Under the pieces are notes generated by a model. That model ran no database searches. It had not been told where the DNA came from and worked only from the letters and a program-made list of their open reading frames with translations. Below, one piece after another: positions 44,560-52,734 of a DNA stretch of 64,000 nucleotides (position 1 is its first letter; every line of letters begins with the position of its first letter). Origin of the DNA: an uncultured Bacilli bacterium. GTDB lineage: Bacteria; Bacillota_I; Bacilli_A; RF39; UBA660. Both the position numbers and the translations under genes were made by a program. The stretch spans positions 43,412-107,411 of the forward strand of contig CAKOLT010000001.1 in NCBI GenBank assembly GCA_934096315.1, in the 5' to 3' direction.

Positions 44560-45237
44560 TTATAATCTATTATCCTCATAGAAACTATAATACTTATTAT
44601 TTCCTATAATTAAATGATCAATTAAAGGTATCCCATGTATCTTACCAATCTCTACAAGTTTTTTTGTAACCTCTATATCCTCTCTAGAAGGACTAGGATC
44701 CCCTGAAGGATGATTATGGATACATATAATAAAAGAAGAAGAAAGTAAATAAGCCTCCTTAAATATCTCTCTAGGATGAACTATAGATATATTTATACTT
44801 CCCTTAAACAAAAGCCTCTTATCAATAAACTTCTTCTTATTATCTAAATATAAAACATAAAACTCCTCCTGCTTAGTATCTATAAATAAATTATGAAAAT
44901 AATTAATAATAGCATCCGGAGTTGTACAATGAAACATAGTATCAGGACTAGATTCCTTATATATCCTTTTCCCAAGCTCAACAGCAGAGAGAATAAGAGA
45001 AGCCTTCACTTCGGACATTCCCTCTATATTACTTAAAGTATTTAAACTATAATTTTTAAGATTAGATATATCTTTAATATCTCCTAGCACATTAAGAGAT
45101 ATATCCTTTACAGAGTACTTCCTATTACCCTTTTGAATTAATATCTGTAATAACTCTTCATTACTTAAATTTTCCTTACCATATATCTTTAACCTCTCTC
45201 TAGGTTTCTCATTATTAGGTAAATCTTTAAAATACAT
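44560..45237 (-). CDS. radC: RadC-like JAB/MPN domain protein
   Basis: HNHPSGDPSPSREDIEVTKKL JAMM motif. N-terminal HhH. Confidence 0.85.
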   Translation of the reverse strand: MYFKDLPNNEKPRERLKIYGKENLSNEELLQILIQKGNRKYSVKDISLNVLGDIKDISNLKNYSLNTLSNIEGMSEVKASLILSAVELGKRIYKESSPDTMFHCTTPDAIINYFHNLFIDTKQEEFYVLYLDNKKKFIDKRLLFKGSINISIVHPREIFKEAYLLSSSFIICIHNHPSGDPSPSREDIEVTKKLVEIGKIHGIPLIDHLIIGNNKYYSFYEDNRL

Positions 45238-45297
45238 TTATAACTCCTTCTACAGTGACAATCTAATAGTAGCAAAATAATATAGATAAGTCAAGTA

Positions 45298-46799
45298 TTA
45301 TCCTTTAGAAACCGTGTATGGATTATCAATAGTGCCATCTCCTTCGGTTATTATTACATCTGGTTTTAGGGAGAAGACTGGCCAAACCGAACGCCAATAG
45401 TAGACGAGGTAGAAGTCGGGGACGACGATGCCTGTCGTGGAGACAACGAACGCAGTGTCAGTGTAGGACGAGAGAGGGAACAATAGCCACTGATAACTTG
45501 AATTGAATAGCCAATCACTATTCTTACAACTAGTATCATAATCTTTTAAATTAGTTCCATTAACACAAGTAGTCCCTGCTGCATATCCATAATCTGATGT
45601 ATACATTAAGGCTACTTTCCCTTCCCAATAATATGGTCTATTCTCATCATATCTTCCACTATTATTTCCTGTTTTTGTTCTTTCGTATGTATACAGGTGG
45701 TTGTTGTTATTGATGTTGAATTATGTCCTGCTAAATAATATCTAGAATCTCCAATCATCCTTTTAGCAGTACTACTTAATTTGTAATTAGTAAAGTCTAC
45801 ATCTCTTACACTTTGATTAATATAGTCAGGCATCTTCCCTGTATTAGTTGTATCACTCCACCAGATACCACTATTAAGCATAATCATAAGAGAGCTACCA
45901 CTAGTGGTACTATTACTATAGTTATTAGTTATATTATTTCTTGTCTCTGTTGGGGTTGCCCAGATATTTGTATATGTTCCATCTGACTTCATATCCCATG
46001 CAAAGGTATTTACTGTACCATCAGTAAGAACAGTTGCCTTTATTACCTTTAACCTATTGACTCCCTCTAACTCATCATATATACTACCAATAATTCTATA
46101 TAAATGCTTATCTGGACATGTCGTACTACCCTCAAAATCTAGACATACATAGTTATCAGGATTAGCCCCATAATACCTATAATCATCTACTGCAGGTATT
46201 TTCTCTCCAGTTACACTATCAGTTGCACTTATCTCATCATGATGTACCTTATACACTCCACTACCTGAGTCACCATTAGTTCCATCATCTAATGATTCTA
46301 TATATTCATTTGCAGGAATTACCTCTTCAGGTATCATCACCTTCCCACTAGCTAAAGTAAGTTCTCCCCCTTTAACATAACCTGCTAAAGCCCCTAGATT
46401 AACTTTAACTTCACTAGAAGAAGTATTACTAACTTCTATAGTTAAAGTTATATTACTTTCTTTATTAGCTATACCACTAGATTTATTCTTACTTCTCTTC
46501 TTATATACTATACTAAACTCTTCTGGTTTAGTAGTAGGACTAACCATCTCATAATAAATAACATAACTTATCTTCGCAGGATTAGGGTTATACATTACTA
46601 CATCATAATACCTAGTCTCGTTAGGTTCCACTACTAACTGTTTAATACTACTATTACCTATTTGAAATGTATAATCTAAATCCGTTGTACTTAGGGTATT
46701 CTCTACTACACTAGTATCATAAGCAAGTGTCCTATAAAGGGCAAATACCGTAAATGAAGTTAACACAATTAATAATACTATTACTACTCTTTTTATCAT
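45298..46799 (-). pseudogene. Secreted paralog-family protein A, split by a frameshift near 45690-45715 (402-aa and 102-aa ORFs are one gene)
   Basis: The 402-aa ORF ends out of frame (..TTTTCIHT). The other frame continues YTYERTKTGNNSGRYDENRPYYWEGKVALMYTSDYGYAAGTTC, matching paralogs B/C. Central ~200 aa nearly identical to paralog C. True start MIKRVV after GAAGGGAG. Confidence 0.6.
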
Positions 46800-46822
46800 T
46801 TTCTTACTCCCTTCAAGCATGT

Positions 46823-46872
46823 AAAAAGACTATGACAAACTAGAATACTCCTGTATTCTTACTGTCATAGTC
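46823..46872 (-). promoter_or_regulatory. Conserved terminator-like leader hairpin ~20 nt upstream of the paralog A RBS
   Basis: mRNA sense GACUAUGACAguaagaauacaggaguauucuaguuUGUCAUAGUC then UUUUU. Almost identical element at 54356-54408 ahead of paralog C. Confidence 0.5.
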
Positions 46873-46918
46873 TTTAATTCTTATACTATTTTTCTTATTT
46901 TTATTTAATTGGCTGTAA

Positions 46919-47010
46919 ACAGCCTTATGTGCCCATAAAAATTATGTGCCCATTATTAAATAAAAGCCTGAAAAATGGGCTTTTTTTTATTTTTTATGTT
47001 CGCATAATAG
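46919..47010 (+). repeat. Repeat module R1 (~92 bp): aacagccTTATGTGCCCAT x2 ... hairpin ... half-palindrome GTTCGCATAA. Inverted copy at 47461-47555
   Basis: Reverse complement of 47461-47555 aligns along its whole length except the central hairpin. Ends in half-site atGTTCGCATAAtag. Confidence 0.7.
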
Positions 47011-47139
47011 TTTGGTTAATTTTTGTATTTTTTCTCAAAAATACCTCTATCTCTAATATTTCTTTTTTGGTATTTTTATTTTCAAACTTTTATTTATTCT
47101 ATTTTTTTCTAATATTTCTTTTTTCTTTCCAAAAAAAAC

Positions 47140-47437
47140 CCTCATTTATATTTCTGTGGTTGTCAGGTTTTTATATTCAAATAATTCTTTTATTACAGTT
47201 AATGAAAAACCATCATCAATTAAATAAAATCCCTTATAATGCCTTATTATATGGCTAATACAAGAATTTCCTTATATGATTAAACCTCCATTTCTGTGTA
47301 TCATAACTGATACCTAATTTAAATAAATATTTGGCATATTGATTATACACACTATATATATGTTTACTGTAACTATAATTCTTAGTTACTAAATAATTTT
47401 GTGAAAACATAAATATCAATCCTCCTTTTATTTTCAC
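47140..47437 (-). pseudogene. Decayed tyrosine recombinase/integrase gene (N-terminal ~50 aa intact, then frameshifted, then truncated)
   Basis: After strong SD AAAGGAGGA: MFSQNYLVTKNYSYSKHIYSVYNQYAKYLFKLGISYDTQKWRFNHIRKFLY* fits the integrase SAM-like N-domain (S.NT..SY..D...Y..FL). Another frame continues ..RHYKGFYLIDDGFSLTVIKELFEYKNLTTTEI*. No catalytic domain remains. Confidence 0.4.
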
Positions 47438-47460
47438 AAAATAATAATATCACATAATTT

Positions 47461-47582
47461 ATTATGCGAACATAAAAAAAGAAAAAAGCCCAGAAAATGA
47501 GCTTATTTTTAATAATGGGCACATAATTTTTATGGGCACATAAGGTGCATTATGCGAACGTTCGCATAAACAGCCCCCCCCA
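47461..47582 (-). repeat. Repeat module R2 (inverted copy of R1) plus full palindromic core site S1 and C8 tract
   Basis: Begins with half-site TTATGCGAAC. At 47550-47569 the perfect 20-bp palindrome TTATGCGAACGTTCGCATAA flanked by ggtgcat / aacagcc. Followed by CCCCCCCC and aaacaaaTGTTCGtATTA. Confidence 0.7.
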
Positions 47583-47782
47583 AACAAATGTTCGTATTAA
47601 TGATTTTCCTTTAAAATATTTATTCATGAGGGGCTCCTTTCTTAATATATTTTGACTCCGTCAAAATATATTTCTTTCTTTACTATCCATATTTTACCAC
47701 ATATTTATATTCTCTTCAAGTACTTTTCTAATTTTTTTTTACAAGTATATATAATATTTTCGATTATATGAATTTTATCAAT

Positions 47783-47822
47783 ACTCTATTCCAAAAAAAA
47801 TGTCCAATTCCTCTTTTTTTGG
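47783..47822. terminator. Bidirectional hairpin terminator downstream of ruvA
   Basis: TATTCCAAAAAAAatgtccaattcctcTTTTTTTGGAATA (13-bp stem). Confidence 0.6.
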
Positions 47823-47858
47823 AATAACTAAACTAATACTTTAAAATAAATATATAAA

Positions 47859-48395
47859 CTAAACCATTAGTCTAAGAGCCTGTTTAACCTGCTCTTCAAG
47901 AGATAAACTACTATCTACTTTAGAAATAACCCTATTAATATCTATATTCTTATATCCTAAAGATAATAAAACTTTCCTTATATCATCTTTAGACTCCTCT
48001 CTTACTACAATCTTACCCTTTAAATCCAATATTATCTGTCTTGCAACCTTATCCCCTATTTTAGGAAATCTCTTCAAATAAGATAAATCACTTCCCTCAA
48101 TTGCCTCCTGTAACTTTGTTATAGAATCAACCGCTAACATTGGAAGAATAGTCTTAGGCCCTAACCCCTTAACAGATATTAACTTAATAAACATATCATA
48201 CTCTTCCTTACTCTTAAAACCATATAAAGTATATTCCTCCTGTCTTATATGAAAGTATGTATACACTATATATTCATTATTAACTTTATAATAATAAGGA
48301 TTAGCAACATATATAAAATATCCAATATTATTATTTTCTATTACTATATAACTACTAGTTACTTCTGTAACTACCCCCCTGATATAGGCAATCAT
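47859..48395 (-). CDS. ruvA: Holliday junction DNA helicase RuvA
   Basis: MIAYIRGVV N-terminus, HhH GLGPKTILP, C-terminal domain III. Confidence 0.85.
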   Translation of the reverse strand: MIAYIRGVVTEVTSSYIVIENNNIGYFIYVANPYYYKVNNEYIVYTYFHIRQEEYTLYGFKSKEEYDMFIKLISVKGLGPKTILPMLAVDSITKLQEAIEGSDLSYLKRFPKIGDKVARQIILDLKGKIVVREESKDDIRKVLLSLGYKNIDINRVISKVDSSLSLEEQVKQALRLMV

Positions 48396-49540
48396 TATTT
48401 CATACTCCTTATATCATTAGTAGTTAACTCTTTTAATACACTACTATCTATTGTTAAAGTCATAGAATCCTTAATATTCTTTTCCTTTATAGAATCTTTT
48501 ATCATAATATTTAAAAGCTCTTTATAGGAAATATTAGCATCCTCCCAAAGATGATGGGCAAAACAATTAGGAATAGGATTAATCTCATTAACATATAACT
48601 TCTTACCATCATATAGAAAATCTATCCTACAAAAACCAGTATTAAATATCAAATTAAAGGTCTTCTTAGAAATATCTATTATTTCTTCTTTAAATTTACT
48701 ATCTAAATCTTTAGGAAATGATCTCTTAATTGTATCATTCTCCTCATTATCCTTATAACATTTATCTTTATACTCCCTAAACTCTACCTCGCAGTTAATT
48801 AATTCAATAGAACTAGTTAAAAACTTCTCATTAGTACGAAGTATAGATATATTATACTCTACTCCCTTACACATTCTCTCTATAACTATCTTCTTATCAT
48901 AAGCAAGTACTCTCTTAATCGTAGAATCCAATTCCTCTTTTTGTTTAACAACCTCTATACCTACACTACTACCAAGACAAGCAGGTTTAATAATTAAAGG
49001 ATAAGGAAGTTTATCTATTCTTTTAAATAACTCCTCTTTATTATTCAAATAATCACTTTCATAAAACCAAATATAATCAGTAACGGGTATATTATTACTC
49101 CTAAGTATCTCTTTAGTAAATACCTTATCTTGACATAATGAAGAAGAATATATAGAATCCCCTACAAAAGGTATACCTATTAAATTAAGATAACCCTGCA
49201 AAGTACCATCCTCACAATTAGAACCATGTACCATAGGAAAAGCAATATGTATCTCATTAACCTCTCTTTTTAATAATCCTGTAGACTGAAGAACAAACCT
49301 ACCTGACTTATTAACTAAATTAACTTTAGTACCATATTTCTCAATTAAATTATAATTATTAAAACTATCTAAAAACCTAAACATTCCTCCAGAATACCAA
49401 GTTAAATCTTTAGCAATATATATAGGTACTACCTCATAATAATCATTATCAATATGTTCCATAGCTTGAAGAGCAGTAATAATAGATATTTCATGTTCTA
49501 CACTTTGCCCTCCAAAAATAACTCCTACTTTTAATTTCAT
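48395..49540 (-). CDS. ddl: D-alanine--D-alanine ligase
   Basis: KVGVIFGGQSVEHEISI, ATP-grasp motifs. Start MKLKVG after GAGAGGTG. Confidence 0.85.
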   Translation of the reverse strand: MKLKVGVIFGGQSVEHEISIITALQAMEHIDNDYYEVVPIYIAKDLTWYSGGMFRFLDSFNNYNLIEKYGTKVNLVNKSGRFVLQSTGLLKREVNEIHIAFPMVHGSNCEDGTLQGYLNLIGIPFVGDSIYSSSLCQDKVFTKEILRSNNIPVTDYIWFYESDYLNNKEELFKRIDKLPYPLIIKPACLGSSVGIEVVKQKEELDSTIKRVLAYDKKIVIERMCKGVEYNISILRTNEKFLTSSIELINCEVEFREYKDKCYKDNEENDTIKRSFPKDLDSKFKEEIIDISKKTFNLIFNTGFCRIDFLYDGKKLYVNEINPIPNCFAHHLWEDANISYKELLNIMIKDSIKEKNIKDSMTLTIDSSVLKELTTNDIRSMK

Positions 49541-49724
49541 ATAACACCTCTCAATACTAATTTTAGCAGATAATACCATTAAAGTCTATAGTTATAAGGG
49601 TAAAATTTTAAAATATAATCGATGTAAAGATTAACTATAAAAACTTAAATAAATTTTAGTCAAGTTAGATGAATTTTTAAGAATTTATAGTATAATAGTG
49701 TTATATAACATTAGGAGGTACTTT

Positions 49725-50753
49725 ATGAATAATGAATTAATTAGTAATGATAATAAATTTAATAATTTTTTTAATAATATAAAAGATTTAGTTATCACTA
49801 GTAGGAATAAAGTTTATCAAACAGTTAATACAGAAATGCTTAATCTATATTGGAATATAGGAAAAATAATTATGGAAATACAGCAAGGTGATGAAAGAGC
49901 AAGTTATGGAGATGCTATATTAGATAAATTGTCTATTAAACTAACTAATGAATTCGGTAAGGGATTTTCTTCAAGAAATTTAAGAACTATGAGAAAATTC
50001 TATTTAATGTATCCAAATTGGAAGACAGTGTCTGCCAAATTAAGTTGGTCTCATTATTTAGAACTTATTAAAATAGAAGAAAAACCTAAAAGAAACTTTT
50101 ATTTAAATGAATGTATAAACTCTAAATGGAGTGTTAGAGAATTGCAAAGACAAAGAGATTCACTACTTTATGAAAGATTAACTATATCTGCTGACAAAGA
50201 AAAAATACTTGAGCTATCCGAAAAAGGACAAATCTTAAAAACTAGCAAAGATTTAATAAAAGATCCATTCGTACTAGAGTTTTTAGATATAAAAGAAAAC
50301 ACAAATTATCTTGAAAACGACTTAGAAAAAAACATTATAGAACACTTAAAAGAATTCTTATTAGAATTAGGAAAAGGTTTTAGTTATGTTGGAAACCAAG
50401 TTAGACTCACTTTAGAAGAAGATCATTTTTACCCAGATTTAGTTTTTTATAATAGACTTTTAAGATGCTTTGTTATTATTGATTTAAAAATAGGAAAAGT
50501 ATCCCATCAAGACATTGGACAAATGCAAATGTATGTTAACTACTATGATAGAGAAATTAAACAAGATGATGAAAATAAAACAATTGGAATATTGTTATCA
50601 ACTAATAAAAATGAAACCATTGTAAAATATACCTTACCAGAAGATAATAAAACAATATTTTCTACTGAATATAAATTGCATATGCCAACAGAACAAGAAC
50701 TAATTAATGCCATTGAAGAAGAAAAGAAAAACTTTGATTTAAATAAAAATTAA
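49725..50753 (+). CDS. DUF1016/YhcG-family PD-(D/E)XK nuclease-like protein
   Basis: N-terminal YhcG_N-like region (LYWNIGKIIMEIQQGDERASYGDAILDKLSIKLTNEFGKGFSSRNLRTMRKFY). C-terminal D..(V/I)IDLK motif (EDHFYPDLVFYN...VIIDLKIGK). Start MNNELI after AGGAGG. Confidence 0.65.
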   Translation: MNNELISNDNKFNNFFNNIKDLVITSRNKVYQTVNTEMLNLYWNIGKIIMEIQQGDERASYGDAILDKLSIKLTNEFGKGFSSRNLRTMRKFYLMYPNWKTVSAKLSWSHYLELIKIEEKPKRNFYLNECINSKWSVRELQRQRDSLLYERLTISADKEKILELSEKGQILKTSKDLIKDPFVLEFLDIKENTNYLENDLEKNIIEHLKEFLLELGKGFSYVGNQVRLTLEEDHFYPDLVFYNRLLRCFVIIDLKIGKVSHQDIGQMQMYVNYYDREIKQDDENKTIGILLSTNKNETIVKYTLPEDNKTIFSTEYKLHMPTEQELINAIEEEKKNFDLNKN

Positions 50754-50761
50754 CTTATAAC

Positions 50762-50808
50762 ATATTATCAAAAAAGAAACCTCTGATTTATAAGGTTTCT
50801 TTTTTTTA
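50762..50808. terminator. Bidirectional terminator between DUF1016 gene and paralog B
   Basis: AAAAAAGAAACCtctgatttataaGGTTTCTTTTTTTT. Confidence 0.6.
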
Positions 50809-50820
50809 ATAATATTAATT

Positions 50821-52734
50821 TCATGATAGGACATAAGGATTATCAACAGAACCTATACCACCATTAATCATAACATCTGATTTTAAATAGAAAGTAGGAA
50901 AGACTTTAAACGTAGTATTATAATAGTCACTACTACCAATACCTCCGGTTGTTAAAATTGCATATGCAGTAATAGCATTAGAATTAGCAGGAGATATTAC
51001 CCAATTAGATCCATTTCCTATAAGCCATCCTTTTTTACTACATTCTTTACTCATATTTTTGTTATATAAATCAAGTGAATAACAAACATTTCCTATAGTA
51101 TATCCATAATCTGACGCATACATTAAAGCTACTTTTCCATCCCAGTAGTATGATCTATCAGAATCATATCTTCCACTTCTAGTGCCTAGTTTAGTCCTTT
51201 CCCTAGTATAATATGCATGTGCAGTACTAGTCCCAGTTCCCTCAATAGAACTTAAATAAAACCTACTAGTGGCAATTAATGCTTTAACCTTATCACTAAT
51301 TTTATATTCATCCAAACCAAAGTTTACAGTCTTAGTTTGCATTCCTCCATCATAATAATATATAATACCCTCTGTTCCATTCCACCATAAACCCTTAGAA
51401 CTATCTTCTGAATTTAACATCTGCATTAATGTACTACCACTTTCAGTACCCGCTATTTCTGTCGCATTAGAGTATCCAGTTGCAGTATCTGTTACTGGTG
51501 CCCAGATATTTTTTCTTGAAGGATAATCAAAATTAGCTGTAGTCCAGTTCCAAGCAAAACTATCTATTACTTCATTATTAGAATCACTAACCTTAAGGGA
51601 AGTCGCTTTAACCACCCTTAACTTATAACTATTAGATAAATCCTCCCAGATAATACCTATTATCCTATATAAATGCTTATCTGGACAAGACTCACTACTT
51701 TCCATATCTAAACATATATAATTATCAGGACTATCCCCATAATATCTATAATCATCTACCGCTGGTATTACATTCCCAGTAACACTATCAGCACTACTAA
51801 TTTCATCATGATGTACTTTATATACTCCACTACCTACATTACCCCCACTACCATCATCTAACTTCTTAATATACTCTATTAAACCTGGACTAACCCATTC
51901 ATACTTAGCAATATTACTACTACCTGCAGTTATATTTAATATCTTTGTATCATTACTACCAACCTTAATATTAGACCCCTCTACTGTATAACTATCATCT
52001 TTAGTTAATGTAAAACTACCACTTGCAATAACAGTATTACTACTGTTTTTTACTTCCACAGTATGCTCTCCTAAAGGAACATTTACTAAAGTATAATTAC
52101 CACTAGAATCAGTAGTAGTAGTTATTGGATCACTATGTACAGTAATTAAAGCATTAGGTATTGGGTTATTACTACTATCAAGAAGAGTACCCCTTATAGT
52201 ATAACTATCTATAACTAGTGCATTTTCTCCACTAGCCCCAAGAATAAAATTAAATGTTTTACCACCCATATTACTAGGATTATCCATATTACCATCAATA
52301 TAAATATATATAGTATACTTACTAGTAGTATCCTTAGTTAATGTAGTAGTATCTAAAAGTGTATACACTTTATTAGTAGTAGCACTACTAAAATCTCCCT
52401 CATTAATAAGAGTATCCCCCTGATATAATTTCCATACAAAAGAACTATGTTTTAACTCTTCACTAATACTAACTACCTTTAAAGTTAGTTTAGCAGTAAC
52501 TCCACTACATTCAGGGGTCATACTTACTTCCTTAGAAATAACATTACTAGTATCATCTTTACTAAAAGAAGGACCAAAACTTTGTCCAATTATATCCGTT
52601 CCATCATTATAAGTAATATTACATCCCTCAATATTAAATGTAACATTAGTATTACTACTACTCCATCTTAGATAAGCATAAGTGCCTCCAAGAGATAACA
52701 TAATAATTAATATTAATAATATTTTTCTTTTCAT
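50821..52734 (-). CDS. Secreted paralog-family protein B (637 aa; carries a carboxypeptidase-regulatory-like/Cna-B-type insert)
   Basis: Signal/anchor MKRKILLILIIMLSLGGTYAYLRW. Conserved core GSGVYKVHHDEIS..DSVTG.VIPAVDDYRYYG..PDNY.CLD.E.S..CPDKHLYRIIG. C-terminal SDYGY..G..C...DNPY module shared with A and C. Confidence 0.7.
   Translation of the reverse strand: MKRKILLILIIMLSLGGTYAYLRWSSSNTNVTFNIEGCNITYNDGTDIIGQSFGPSFSKDDTSNVISKEVSMTPECSGVTAKLTLKVVSISEELKHSSFVWKLYQGDTLINEGDFSSATTNKVYTLLDTTTLTKDTTSKYTIYIYIDGNMDNPSNMGGKTFNFILGASGENALVIDSYTIRGTLLDSSNNPIPNALITVHSDPITTTTDSSGNYTLVNVPLGEHTVEVKNSSNTVIASGSFTLTKDDSYTVEGSNIKVGSNDTKILNITAGSSNIAKYEWVSPGLIEYIKKLDDGSGGNVGSGVYKVHHDEISSADSVTGNVIPAVDDYRYYGDSPDNYICLDMESSESCPDKHLYRIIGIIWEDLSNSYKLRVVKATSLKVSDSNNEVIDSFAWNWTTANFDYPSRKNIWAPVTDTATGYSNATEIAGTESGSTLMQMLNSEDSSKGLWWNGTEGIIYYYDGGMQTKTVNFGLDEYKISDKVKALIATSRFYLSSIEGTGTSTAHAYYTRERTKLGTRSGRYDSDRSYYWDGKVALMYASDYGYTIGNVCYSLDLYNKNMSKECSKKGWLIGNGSNWVISPANSNAITAYAILTTGGIGSSDYYNTTFKVFPTFYLKSDVMINGGIGSVDNPYVLS

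Noticed and set aside
46823-46872. Known riboswitch class in the paralog leaders
   Set aside because: The hairpin has no recognisable conserved aptamer features. It is retained as a generic terminator/attenuator-like element only.
46929-47258. 109-aa plus-strand ORF inside the inverted-repeat element
   Set aside because: Extremely F/L/I-rich low-complexity translation of AT-rich DNA. It begins inside repeat R1 and has no SD. The minus-strand integrase remnant explains the region better.
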